A stretch of 64,000 nucleotides of DNA, from NCBI GenBank assembly GCA_951406725.2, contig OX597822.1:78368001-78432000 (forward strand), in the 5' to 3' direction. Below the pieces are notes generated by a model. It saw nothing but the letters and a program-made list of their open reading frames with translations. It did no database searches and was not told the DNA's origin. The stretch's first letter is position 1. The number at the start of each line of letters is the position of its first letter. A program made the position numbers and the translations under genes. The stretch is from Octopus vulgaris. Lineage: Eukaryota. Below are positions 1 through 11,479 of the stretch, one piece after another.

Positions 1-185
1 TTAATGCAGTCGGTGATAGGCTTTAAAAAAATAACGTGAGAGCATTGGAACGTTGATAATCATAAGTCTTCTTTCACCAGACCTAGGGCTAAACACCAAC
101 AACAACGATAACGGTGGTGGTAACGAGAACGACGAGGGTGAGCATACAACGGAGTTACTGCAGCCATCTTTCTTTTGTCGCTTAT

Positions 186-374
186 CTTTTACTTGTTTAT
201 ATCATTGGACTGCTGCCATGCTGGGGTACTGCCTTCAAGGGGTTTTTTAGTCAAACAAATCGACCCAAGTACTGATGTATTTGTACTGGTGCCTGGTACT
301 TGTTCTATCGGTTTGATTTGCCGATCCGCTAAGTTTCAAAGCAGGTAACAAGAAAACAAACCGGTTCTCAAACG

Positions 375-435
<61 letters not shown>

Positions 436-505
436 GGAAACGACCAGACATATGCAACGGGCTTCCACACAGTTTCCGTCTATCAAATTCATTCATACTA
501 TGGCC
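186..505 (-). mobile_element. tRNA-derived SINE family B, degraded (tail plus part of body), interrupted by (TAG)n
   Basis: TCTTTTACTTGTTT...CATTGGACTGCTGCCATGCTGGGG matches the reverse-complemented tail of the family-B copies at 45801 and 13535; CAGTTTCCGTCTATCAAATTCATTCA matches the body. Confidence 0.7.
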
Positions 506-639
506 CTTTGGTTGATCACGCGGTTGATGTCGATCAGCTACTTTGGTTTGGCAACAGGAGGCGGTTTTACTTTAGAGATGTTATTGATTTCTAAAATGTG
601 GCGAGCCCTCATACGTCAACTAAGGACGAGAGAATCCAT

Positions 640-673
<34 letters not shown>

Positions 674-705
674 AATGTAATATGTGACAGTTATTCGGTA
701 GCCAT

Positions 706-766
706 GATAAAACTCCGAGTTTCGGATGCCGGGGTGGAAATCCACACCGCCATCTCTTCAGTTATC
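706..766 (-). ncRNA. Type I hammerhead ribozyme motif (Penelope pLTR-type)
   Basis: Minus strand: GATAA-CTGAAGA-[GATGGCGGTGTGG/ATTT/CCACCCCGGCATC]-C-GAAAC-TCGGA-GTT-TTATC. Intact core boxes, stem I GATAA/TTATC, long stem II, near-palindromic stem III; close to (TA)n at 642-670. Confidence 0.7.
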
Positions 767-1054
767 CAGCCATCGGCAAAATACTATGAAAAATGACCGT
801 TATACAAAGAGAAATTACTGTGTGATTGACCGTTATTAAGACAAAAGAGCTATTTGAATGACCGCTAAGTGAGGGGAGGGAGTAAAAGTAAGGGGGAAAA
901 AGTTCATAGTATTCGCGTGAGCGCGCATGCTCATACCTACACATGCGCGCCCGCACACCCACATGCATGCGCCTAAAGGTATACACTCATCCACCCTCAC
1001 TTGAAACGTACACATCCTCACCCGCACCATTCACCAAATATATATATATATATA

Positions 1055-1106
<52 letters not shown>

Positions 1107-1200
1107 CGTGACCGACCAGGCTATCAGATGTTGCTACACATCGCTGGTCACAATGCGCTTCGCATTGTTTTAGCCTTCAAATGCTGGCTAAGCGAGCAGG

Positions 1201-1255
<55 letters not shown>

Positions 1256-1325
1256 ACAAACACACACACACACACACACACACACCATAAATGTTCATAC
1301 ACACGTCTATATACGCACAAGCACA

Positions 1326-1408
1326 AGAAAAAACAGGGCTAAGGGTAACAATACACAAAAAAGGTGTAAGGGAGTAAGAATATTGTTACCCTTAGCCCTG
1401 TTTTTTCT
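1326..1408. repeat. Perfect 28-bp inverted repeat, 27-nt spacer
   Basis: AGAAAAAACAGGGCTAAGGGTAACAATA (1326-1353) is the exact reverse complement of 1381-1408. Confidence 0.9.
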
Positions 1409-2125
1409 ACTCTAGGCACAAGGCCCAAAATTTTGGGGCAGGAGGCCAATCGATTAGATCGACTCCAGTACGCAAGTGATACTTAATTTATCAACCCCCG
1501 AAAGGATGAAAGGCAGAGTCGACCTCGACAGAATTTGAACTCAGAACATAAAGACAGACGAAATACCCATTTCTTTACTACCCACAAGGGGCTAAACATA
1601 GAGAGGACAAACAAGGACAGACAAACGGATTAAGTTGATTATAACGACCCCAGTGCGTAACTGGTACTTATTTAATCGACTTCGAAAGGATGAAAGGCAA
1701 AGTTGACCTCGGTGGAATTTGAGCTCAGAACGTAGCGGCAGACGAAATACCTATTTCTTTATTACACACAAGGGGCTGAACACAGAGAGGACAAACAAGG
1801 ACAGACAAACGGATTAAGTCGATTAATCGACCCCAGTGCGTAACTGGTACTTATTTAATCGAACCCGAAAGGATGAAAGGCAAAGTCGACCTCAGCGGAA
1901 TTTGAACTCAGAACGTAGCGGCAGACGAAATACCTATTTCTTTACTACCCACAAGGGGACAAACAAGGACAGACAAACGGATTAAGACGATTATATCGAC
2001 TTAGTGCGTAACTGGTACTTAATTAATCGACCCCGAAAGGATGAAAGGCAAAGTCGACCTCAGCGGAATTTGAACTCAGAACGTAGCGGCAGACGAAATA
2101 CCGCTAAGCATTTCGCCCGGCGTGC
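1401..2125 (-). mobile_element. tRNA-derived SINE family A (Nin/Deu-domain-like), four tandem internal units, 5' truncated
   Basis: Four copies of CGAAAGGATGAAAGGCAAAGTCGACCTCGGCGGAATTTGAACTCAGAAC-like blocks; unit starts ATTTCTTTA at 1569, 1753 and 1936 (period about 183-184 bp). The reverse complement GCCTTTCATCCTTTCGGGGTCGATAAA..AAGTACC resembles the Nin/Deu SINE domain. Confidence 0.85.
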
Positions 2126-2934
2126 TTAGTGTAAAAACGTGTTATTGTCGAAGTGATAGGACAGTTATATGTCGGGCAAAAATGATAAGCAGCATTCCTT
2201 TTTCTGGCTCTTTGCATTCTGAGCTGAAATTCCGATGAGGTTGATTCGGCCTCTGGGGGTTGATAAAATAAGTACCAGTCGAGTACTGGGATCGTTGTAA
2301 TCGTCGAACCACGTATCCTAAAATTGCAGGTCTTGCGCCAAAATTTGTAACCAATATTAGGTAAAGGACTGAAGATAAGTTAAACGATCTAATTCTCTCT
2401 ATATATCTCTCATTCTCTCTCTCTCTCTGTTTCTGTCTCTCTCTCTCTGACCTCTTTCTCTTTCTTTCTTCCGCATTTCTGTCTCTCCGTATCTCCCCTG
2501 TATCTCTCCCTCTCACACACATTTTATCTCTTTGCCTTTTTCTACTGCTGTCCTTCACTTCTTCTCTCGATCACTATCCTTCCCTCAATTCTTTCCTCCC
2601 ACTATCTCTCTTTCCGCCTTCTTGTCTGTTGAATTTATTATAGAACCGGGGTAAATAGAAACAAAATTGATGTCAGTATATTTAGCGCAAAAACGTTTGG
2701 TCTAGTCGGTTGGCGGGCTGCGTGGATGAAATAATCAGTCCAACCCGGTCTGGTTCGACGAGACCGGATTAGTTACGCATTAATCACAGTTGTGTGTGTG
2801 AGTCTGTCTGCGTGTGTTTGTGCGTGTGCGCGGACGCGCGAGTGTGAGCTAAGTAGCGGGAAGAAGTAAGATTTCAGTGATGTATGAAAAATAAGTAAAT
2901 ATGCAAATAAATAAAGCTCAGTTTTTGTGTGTGC

Positions 2935-2937
<3 letters not shown>

Positions 2938-2998
<61 letters not shown>

Positions 2999-3054
2999 CT
3001 GTGTGTGTGTATATAAATATATATATATATACACATATATATATATATATGTAC

Positions 3055-3087
<33 letters not shown>

Positions 3088-3183
3088 ACTGTGTGTTTGT
3101 GTGTATGTATATATAAGTATGAATGCAAGTACGCATGTACGTATATGTTTATGCATATGTATAGATGTATGTACACATATATA

Positions 3184-3219
<36 letters not shown>

Positions 3220-3325
3220 TATATATACATATATATACATATATATACATACATGCATACATACATACATACATACATATATATATACATATATATACAT
3301 ATATATACATACATGCATACATACA

Positions 3326-3359
<34 letters not shown>

Positions 3360-3460
3360 CATACATATATACATACATACATACATGTGTGTGTTTATGT
3401 GTGAATGTGTCTGTGTGTATGTATGTGTGAGTACGCATGTGTCTGTGTCTGTGTGTGTCC
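2938..3460. repeat. Compound microsatellite (TA)n/(TG)n/(TATG)n/(TACA)n, representative of dozens in the window
   Basis: Directly visible simple repeats; they generate the [18 protein letters not shown] ORFs. Confidence 0.95.
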
Positions 3461-3941
3461 ATCTCTTTTCCTCTAAATATTTCCCGCCGTTTATCACATA
3501 ATTTCTGTCAGTTCCTCACTGCAAATCCATATCGGTGCGGTAGCTGTAGCGTTCATCTTCTGGAATTCAGCCAAAATTGTTTTGCTTCAAGGAAAATAAC
3601 GAAAGTCACTTTTGAAAAGTATAATGTAGTGTAATACAGGCGCAGGTATGACTGGATGGTTAAAAATTTTGCTTTGCAATGATGAGATTGTGCGTTAATT
3701 TGGCAAAAGGTCTTCCACGTGGAACGGAAATGAAAAAAGAGAGTGTCTACTTGCAAGCCATAAATATAACTCGCTACTCTTCCTCGTATAAACACACATA
3801 CACGTACATACTTACTTACATACATTATCGTGCAATGCCTGTGCAAGAAGATTTTTTTTTTAAGTGAGGAAAGGCTGTGCACTGAGTCAATCCCACACAC
3901 TAAGCAGCAGCAGCCATAATCCGAAAAGAAGAACAAGTCAA

Positions 3942-4318
3942 CATCATCGGTAACCATTGAGCCGCATGTTTTATGTCGGAGTTATCCCAGTTACCTGAGT
4001 TACCTTCTCCTAGAAGGATGCCCTAACAAAAGCTAGGAGTCCTTCACTCCCAATGGTTTAACCGCGCGATCGGGTATTCAGTCCGATTATTTCTATGTCC
4101 CCGCGCATGATACAGCCTTAAGACATTTATTGAATGGCCGTTGACTCTCAAGAGTTCCTCCGCCCTTTGACGGGTTTTGTTTTTCATCCCGCAGGGTGTC
4201 CAATAAACACTCTCCTCACCAAGCAAGCTTGGTGGGGTTGCCAGTTTAGTCGCCGACGACCCGACCATGTAACAGGTTGTACTGGGTTACATGTTACCAG
4301 TAGCACTCGAAAGTGACC
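3942..4318 (-). mobile_element. Short RTE-like element (5' UTR-like segment plus short GATGATG tail)
   Basis: Minus strand contains GGGCATCCTTCTAGGAGAAGGTAACTC, resembling the motif found in RTE-clade 5' UTRs. It has a structured 5' end abutting (TACA)n and ends ...GGTTACCGATGATG. Family assignment is from memory of RTE consensus features. Confidence 0.5.
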
Positions 4319-4381
4319 TACATACATACATACATACATACATACATACATACATACATACATACTATAGTCTACGTTCCT

Positions 4382-5210
4382 AATCATATAATTTATACTG
4401 TGTAGTGAGGGACGCAGCGCAAGCAAGGCAACAACATACATGGGGGAAGACCGCACGTAACATAGGTGAGCGGATAGGTGAACACTGGCGGGAGTTAAAG
4501 GAAGAGAAATGCTTACTATTGCTCTACAAACAATAGAACCGACAGGCTCGGTTAAAAACATAAATGTTAAGATCGTATCGACACACAGAACCAACACGAC
4601 ACTTAGACAGCTTATAAAGGTCACACACAAAGTAATAAACAGAGCCTCAATAGAAAACATAAATGGAATAATAACCCACCACACTCACACACACACATAC
4701 ACACACCACACTCGACTACACTACGCAACATGACGACTAAGGATAGGAGAGAAAAAGAGAAAGAGAAAAAAGACTCAGATACAAACAGTATAATACGTGA
4801 ACCCATACACACACAAGACACACATACACATCACTTAAGACGAATTGAGAAAAAATAAATGAATAATAGACAAATAAAAAAAAAGAACAACGAAATAAAA
4901 GACTCGGGTACAAACAGTGTAGTAAACAAACCCATATACACACACACAAAACACATATACTAAACACATTGACACGCGCATCACACGAATATGCACGCAC
5001 ACACACACACTCACATACAGATACAGACGCAAATGCATGCGCAGATAATGATACACACCACAGAAAGACATAATGGACTAAACAGAACAGGGGGAGACAC
5101 GCAGGATGGAGAGTCACTGAAGAGGTAACAGGACATGTGACGAAAGATTTAAGACGAAGGACACTAAAATAAAATTAACAATAAAGCTGAAATAAAAAAC
5201 TAGTTTACAG
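4382..5210 (+). mobile_element. Degenerate 5'-truncated Penelope-like element (GIY-YIG pseudogene plus 3' hammerhead)
   Basis: Frameshifted translation NHIIYTV...YMG(K)TARNIGERIGEH...VKIVSTHRTNTTLRQL fits GIY-YIG motifs; begins next to (TACA)n; hammerhead-like motif at 5113-5155. Confidence 0.6.
5113..5155 (+). ncRNA. Degenerate minimal hammerhead ribozyme motif
   Basis: GTCA-CTGAAGA-GGTAACAGGACATGTGAC-GAAA-GATTTA-AGAC: both core boxes intact, stems I/II/III each with a mismatch. Confidence 0.5.
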
Positions 5211-6254
5211 TGCGTGTGTTTATTTAGCAAAGAAATTATGACCGTCCCCAAATACACACACACAGAACGCCACGCAGCCTTGTCCACAGTAAGCTCTTAC
5301 TTTTATACACAATTTCTGCGACTACACACCCTATTATCTTTTTTCTCGCTATCCTTTTATAATTCTCTATATTTTCTTTTTCTCCTCCTCCCTCTGGGTT
5401 TCCCAGAAACGGGGTTTTGCTTCGTGGGTTTTTTTTTCCTTTTCCGGGCTATTTTGCATGCTTTCAACGAATGTGACATCGAAATCATGCATAAACGGCT
5501 GAGGGGAAAGGAGCCGTTTACGTAACAGGTATTTCGGGTCCCTTATCGCCAATAGTTGTTACGTGGTAGCAGACCGTGCTAGGAATGGCAGCCAAATCTT
5601 TGGAGGTGAGATACACTGAATGCACTCGAAAGTTATCTATGGAAAAAAATTATTTCACACCGAGGTTACGAACGGGTCTTTTACGAAATATTTATCGTAT
5701 TTTTAAAGTCCTTTTCACTTTAAAATATTTTTTAAAGAAAGCTAAATATAAATACTTATTGTACAAACAATCTTCATTTTTGAAATCACATTCACTTAAA
5801 AATATTCCTAAATGATAAAAATATTGTGTTTAACAAAAGTGAAAATAGAAACATTTACTGTAAAAAATAAATCGTATTTTTTCGTTGTCAAGTCACTGTG
5901 TCGAATCGAAAGGTTATTTCCCTTTCAGGATTAAGTTAATTTCGAAGGATTTCCCATTATACACCGTTTTGGGTATTTATTCCCCGAAAACCCGTAATAT
6001 CAGCACAACCACTTACCCGATTTACGCGAAGTTTCTTTTCATTCCGTTTGTATTTACATTTCAGGGTTAATTTAATTCATAGTATGTTCCCATTATGTGC
6101 CAGTTTGGCTGCGTAACACTGCAAGGAAACAAGCAAGCAAGATTCAAGCTGACTTTTAATGTATTATAGATAGATATATTCTTTTATTCTTTTACCTGTG
6201 TATGTATATATATTTTTTTACTTGTGTGTGTGTGTATATATATATATATATACA

Positions 6255-6410
6255 CACGACGAGCTTTCAGTTTCCGTCTACCAAATCCACTCACAAGGCT
6301 TTACTCGACCCAAGGCTATAGAAGAAGACATTTACCCAAAGTGCCACGCAGTAGGACTGAACCCGGAATCATGTGATTCGGAAGCAAGCGTCTTACCACA
6401 CAGCCACATA
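6255..6410 (-). mobile_element. SINE family B head and body
   Basis: CTTTCAGTTTCCGTCTACCAAATCCACTCACAAGGCT...CTTACCACACAGCCAC; the reverse complement has tRNA A/B-box-like GTGGCTGTGTGGTAAG...GGTTCAGTCC. Confidence 0.8.
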
Positions 6411-6734
6411 CGTGTATGTGTGTGTGTACATGCATATACATGCGTACGCACACTGACATCTACACGAGACAATAATGAAAACTAATTAACAAATCTCAAT
6501 TAAATATTCATCGTATTAAGAAAATAGCAATTATTTGTGAGAGAGAGGGCGGTGCTGGAGGAGGACATTAATCAACGCGATTCAATATGAATTATCAACA
6601 TTATGAGGGAAGTAGGAGGAAGAGGGAAAAGAGGGAGTCGGTGGGTTGGAGTGATATCGACGAAACAGACTAAATTTTAATTCGTGAAAAATATATTCAG
6701 GAACGGTCTACAATATTGCATGGTATTTCCGTTA

Positions 6735-7001
6735 CTGCCGCCGCTGCTGCTGCTTGTGGTGTTGATGATGATGGTGATGATAGTGACCTTGATGATAGTG
6801 GTGGCGGTGACGACGATCACAATGATGACGACGACGACGCTGCTGCTAGTGATGATGATGATGATGATGATGATGATGGGGAGGGTAAGAGGAGGAGCAG
6901 GAGGAGAAGGTGGATGTTGAAAGCAGCGGCAACAAGAATTACGATGACGACGACTGCGCGACCATGACGATGACAATGACGAATTCAACGATGATGATGA
7001 T

Positions 7002-7032
<31 letters not shown>

Positions 7033-7100
7033 AAGAGGACATCGATGGCAAGGCTATTTGTGAAGGTGGTGGCATGGTGGTGGTGGTGGTGGTTATGATT
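6735..7100. repeat. Compound trinucleotide low-complexity tract (GAT/GAC/GAG/GGT)
   Basis: Visible (GAT)n, (GAG)n and (TGG)n runs; the overlapping ORFs are homopolymeric in all frames. Confidence 0.9.
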
Positions 7101-7312
7101 AGTTGATAATGAGCAAGAGAAGTAATTCAGCCTAATTTACATAAGAGTGCAAAAAGCTGCTGTGTAGTGCATTATTAATTAATTAACAACCTTACCAGGG
7201 CATGTACCGATATATAACAAATTAATCCAAGTAGGTTCGGTGTATCCAAGCACGAAGAATAAATAGCTCTGAGCTATTCCCATTTTCGATGGCAATATAA
7301 GACGTACTTTTA

Positions 7313-7522
7313 AGGCGGAATCGTTAGCATGCCAGGCCAAATGCTTACCAGCATTTCGTTCGTCCTTATGTTCTGAGTTCAAATTCTGCCGAGGTCGAAT
7401 TTGCCTTTAATCCTTTCGAAGTCGGTAAAATAAGTACCAGTTGAACACTGGGGTCGATGTAATCAACTTACCCCTCCCTCAAAATTTCAGGCTTTGTGCC
7501 TTTAGTATTGTTGTTGTTGTTG

Positions 7523-7560
<38 letters not shown>

Positions 7561-7787
7561 ATCATTATTAAAGCGGTGAGCTGGGAGAACCGTTAGCATG
7601 CCGGGCAAAATACTTTAGCCGCATTTCGTCCGTCCTTACGTTCTGAGGTCAAATACCGACGAAGCCGACTTTACCTTTCATCCTTTCGAGGTTGACAAAA
7701 TAAGTACCAGTTGTGCACTGGGATCGATGTCATCGATTTACACCCTCTCCCGAAATTGTTAGCCTTTTGACAAAATCTGAAACCAAT
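7313..7787 (+). mobile_element. Two tandem monomeric SINE family A copies separated by (TTG)n(TTA)n
   Basis: GGCGG(TGAGCTGG)..CGTTAGCATGCC..TTCTGAGTTCAAATT..GCCTTT..ATCCTTTCG..AAAATAAGTACCAGTTG in both copies. Confidence 0.8.
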
Positions 7788-8201
7788 ATAAGAAGCACAT
7801 TTTGCATCATAAAAATATCATCAAAAAACTACCCCGAGTCTTGTATGCGAAATTGTCCCACCCTGGTTTAATGTATTAAAAACATCTTTTCCCGAATATG
7901 CGCTTTCTGAAATTGGAGTGCATCTAATACGCCCGTACATCTTTTATGTCATCAAATACGGTAATCTTTACGTGGACGGAAGATGAGTGCTTTTTCTCTG
8001 ATGAATATATAAGACTAGAAACTATTCAGGTCGCCCCCACAATTGTTTGCCCATGGCGTAATGTAACCTGTGTGTCTTTGTTTTCACAACACAGCGAGGA
8101 GGCAAAATTGTATGTTTATCAAAATAGTTATATCACGCATTAGATTTCAAATTAATGTGATTGTATATAATGTGAAAACCAGTCATGCGTGGTTTTCCAT
8201 A

Positions 8202-8244
<43 letters not shown>

Positions 8245-8351
8245 ACTCATCATATTTAAGAATAAAGCAGTTCGTGGAAGAGGATTCAGAGAGGCAGCTG
8301 TCTAGAAGGATAAAGAAAGGGACAGATAAACAGATAGATAGATAGACAGAC

Positions 8352-8412
<61 letters not shown>

Positions 8413-8614
8413 AAGAGTGATATGATAAAGTTATGTTTAGAGTTTCACGTAAATTATTATTTAGTTTGATTTCCAGAGTGTGGTTACATAACTTCTTTAC
8501 TAAGTAGTATTACTAGTTATGGGCTACAGAGTATATATACACACATACATACATACATACATACATACATACATACATACATACATACATACATACATAC
8601 ATACGTGTATATAT

Positions 8615-8655
<41 letters not shown>

Positions 8656-8716
8656 TCATATATATTTATGTATATACATACATACATACATATATATCTA
8701 TATACTATATGTGTGC

Positions 8717-8755
<39 letters not shown>

Positions 8756-8761
8756 TGCGTG

Positions 8762-8812
<51 letters not shown>

Positions 8813-9058
8813 TTGTGTCTATGTTTGTCCCAAACTACCGATTAATAACCGGTGCTTGCGTGTTTAGGTACCCGTAACCTAACAGTTCGACAAAAGACAC
8901 CGATGGATTAAGTACTTGGTTTAAGAAATAAGCCCTAGGGTCGATTTGTTCGACTGAAACCCTATGAGCAAGGCCGCAGTCAAATGACTGAAACAAGCAA
9001 AAGAATATACATATATATATATGTGTGTGTGCGTGTGTGTGTGTGTGTGTGTATACCC

Positions 9059-9288
9059 ATTTCTTTATTACCCACAAGGGGCCAAACATAGAAGGGACAA
9101 ACAAGGACAGACATAGGTATTAAGTCGATTACATCGACCCCAGTGCGTAACTGGTACTTAATTTATCGACCGCGAAAGGATGAAAGGTAAAGTTGACCTC
9201 GGCGGAATTTGAACTCACAACGTAACGGCAGACGAAATACCGCTAAGCATTTCGCCCGACGTGCTAACGTTTCTGCCAGCTCGCCGCC
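9059..9288 (-). mobile_element. SINE family A with intact tRNA-like head
   Basis: Ends GCTAACGTTTCTGCCAGCTCGCCGCC, the reverse complement of the head GGCGGCGAGCTGGCAGAAACGTTAGC; includes one Nin-like unit. Confidence 0.85.
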
Positions 9289-9334
9289 TACCCACTACTT
9301 ACTGCCTGCTACCAAGCCTTCACAAGAGTAAAAA

Positions 9335-9581
9335 AGAGAGACAGACAGAAAAGAAAGAAGGAAAATGTCCCATGTATTCGAAAACTATGGAAATATTTCA
9401 AAAAACATTTCACTTAATTTTGCCACAATTTAATTGTTTTTGGGCTTTACTCCCAGTTGAAAATTCGCAAAGTCTGAAACCGGCACTAAAAAGTTCTTCT
9501 TGATAAAATTATTTTACCATTTTCTACCTTGTCTTATTTTCTTTATACATATCAACTACTGTGTTGCTTCTCAACCTTCTT

Positions 9582-9627
<46 letters not shown>

Positions 9628-9978
9628 CACACATATATATATAGGCACAAGTGTGGCTGTGTGGTAAGATGCTTGCTTACCAACCACATGGTTCCTGATT
9701 CAGTCCCACTGCGTGGCTCCTTATGCAAGTGCCTTGTGAGTGGATTTGGTAGACGAAGACTAAAAGAAGCCCGTCGTATATGTACATATGTGTGTATATG
9801 TGTTCGTCCCCCCAACATCGCTGGTGTGTTTACGTTCTTGTAACCTAGCAGTTCGGTAATAAAGACCACTAGAATAAGTACTAGGCTTACAAAGTATAAG
9901 TCCTGGGGACGATTTTCGCGACTAAAGGCGGTACTCCAGCATGGGCGCAGTCAAATGACTGAAACAGTTAAAAGAATA

Positions 9979-10056
<78 letters not shown>

Positions 10057-10255
10057 AAGAGAGACAGAGACAGGCAAAAACAAGGAAAATGCATCTTGTA
10101 TTAGAATACTATGCAAATATTCTTTTCAAAAACTTTTCTTTTAATTTTTCCAAAATTTAATTGTTTTCCATACTTACAGTTGAAAAAGTCTCATTGAGTG
10201 AAACCGGTACTGAAGTGTTTTTTATAAAATTATTTTAGCATTTTCTACCTTGCAT
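9335..10255 (+). repeat. Two diverged ~200-bp copies (about 9335-9535 and 10055-10255) of a probable Penelope 3'-end fragment
   Basis: Shared GGAAAATG..TGTATT.GAA.ACTATG.AAATATT..AATTTAATTGTTTT..CAGTTGAAAA..GAAACCGG.ACT..TAAAATTATTTTA.CATTTTCTACCTTG; decayed hammerhead at 10172-10216. Confidence 0.55.
9644..9980 (+). mobile_element. SINE family B, near full length with internal deletion
   Basis: Head GTGGCTGTGTGGTAAGATGCTTGC..GATTCAGTCCCACTGCGTGG; tail CCAGCATGGGCGCAGTCAAATGACTGAAACAG.TAAAAGAATAAG. Confidence 0.85.
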
Positions 10256-10276
10256 TTTTTTCCATATGTGTATATA

Positions 10277-10362
<86 letters not shown>

Positions 10363-10572
10363 GTATATTCATAGTTCAAATTTACAGAAAACAAAAGACG
10401 AAGATAGGTGTAAGAACAAAATCAGGTAAGTATATGTGTGTGTGTGTGTGTGTGTGTGTACGTGTGTGTAATCTCTCTCTGTCTCTCTCTCTATATATAT
10501 ATATACACACACAGACTTGTGTGTGTGTGTGTCTTTATATGTATGTATTATGTATGTAGACATGGAGGGAAA

Positions 10573-10740
10573 TACCGTATTTTAACGTGTATAAGGAACC
10601 CTTTTTCGTCAAAATTTAGGTTAAAAAAATAACGGAGTTTCTTATACATGGATAGTATTATAATCCCTTACAAAACCTATTCTCCAAATTTTAAGCCCCA
10701 CAAAATTAGGGGATTCCTTATTCAGGTTAAAATATGATAT
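10573..10740 (+). mobile_element. Tc2/pogo-like DNA transposon terminal fragment
   Basis: TACCGTATTTTAACGTGTATAAG resembles TcMar-Tc2-type termini. An opposite-end form AAATACGGTA occurs at 7954-7963 but faces away, so the two are not ends of one element. Confidence 0.4.
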
Positions 10741-11326
10741 ATACAAAAATACACGCAAAAATACAGAATTGGAAGAGACAGAGAGAGGTAAATAGATATG
10801 TTTGAAGTTCGTAGGCCCTTCCTTCCTACTCTGACTAATACACGCATGTGTGTGCATAATGTGTGTTTATGTGTATGCATGCACGAATGCGCGTATATAT
10901 GTATTTATCTATCTCTCTGTAGCTATATATTTATGTATATACTGTCTTGGGAAACATATATTTTCGTATGTTCCAAAAATATTGCCTGTTGCACACCCCA
11001 ACAGCTTATCAAAACTGATTTAGCTGTCTCACTCCACCCATCAGCACTACCCAAATACACTCATATTCCAAATCATTCCGCTGACACCGTCTTCCATATG
11101 AACGCTTTTTCAGTAAACCTTACCTCTTATACAAAACAAGCATAAATCACACATATATATAGGGTTATATATGTTTGTTTTATGTAACATAAATAGGAAT
11201 ACGTATTCTCCAAATATCCGTAGATACTACATCAGTCTGTTGACTGTGAGTGCACGACCGACCTTAACAAGCTTATGAGACAAAACGTTGCTTTGGATAA
11301 AACGTAATCGCATCAACCATACATAT

Positions 11327-11397
<71 letters not shown>

Positions 11398-11479
11398 TTC
11401 TCTCGTCGTGAACGACAAATGAGTGGTAAGTAAAATATCGCTGTACTATTACTCTATGGACACGAATGTGTCTCTTGAG

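Noticed and set aside
1480-2100. Regularly spaced repeats resembling a CRISPR array
   Set aside because: The 'spacers' are themselves near-identical (~183-bp tandem SINE units), the context is eukaryotic and there are no cas genes.
2773-3501. Long ORFs such as 2874-3497 and 2929-3501 (and the many similar [12 protein letters not shown] ORFs throughout)
   Set aside because: Translations of dinucleotide and tetranucleotide microsatellites that lack stop codons; no protein-like complexity.
5655-6070. piggyBac-like element ending GGGTTAA
   Set aside because: No matching TTAACCC left end or TIR found.
6677-7098. Poly-Ser/Asp/Met ORFs (also 28247-28748 and 35145-35842)
   Set aside because: Trinucleotide repeat tracts open in several frames on both strands; no splice or domain support.
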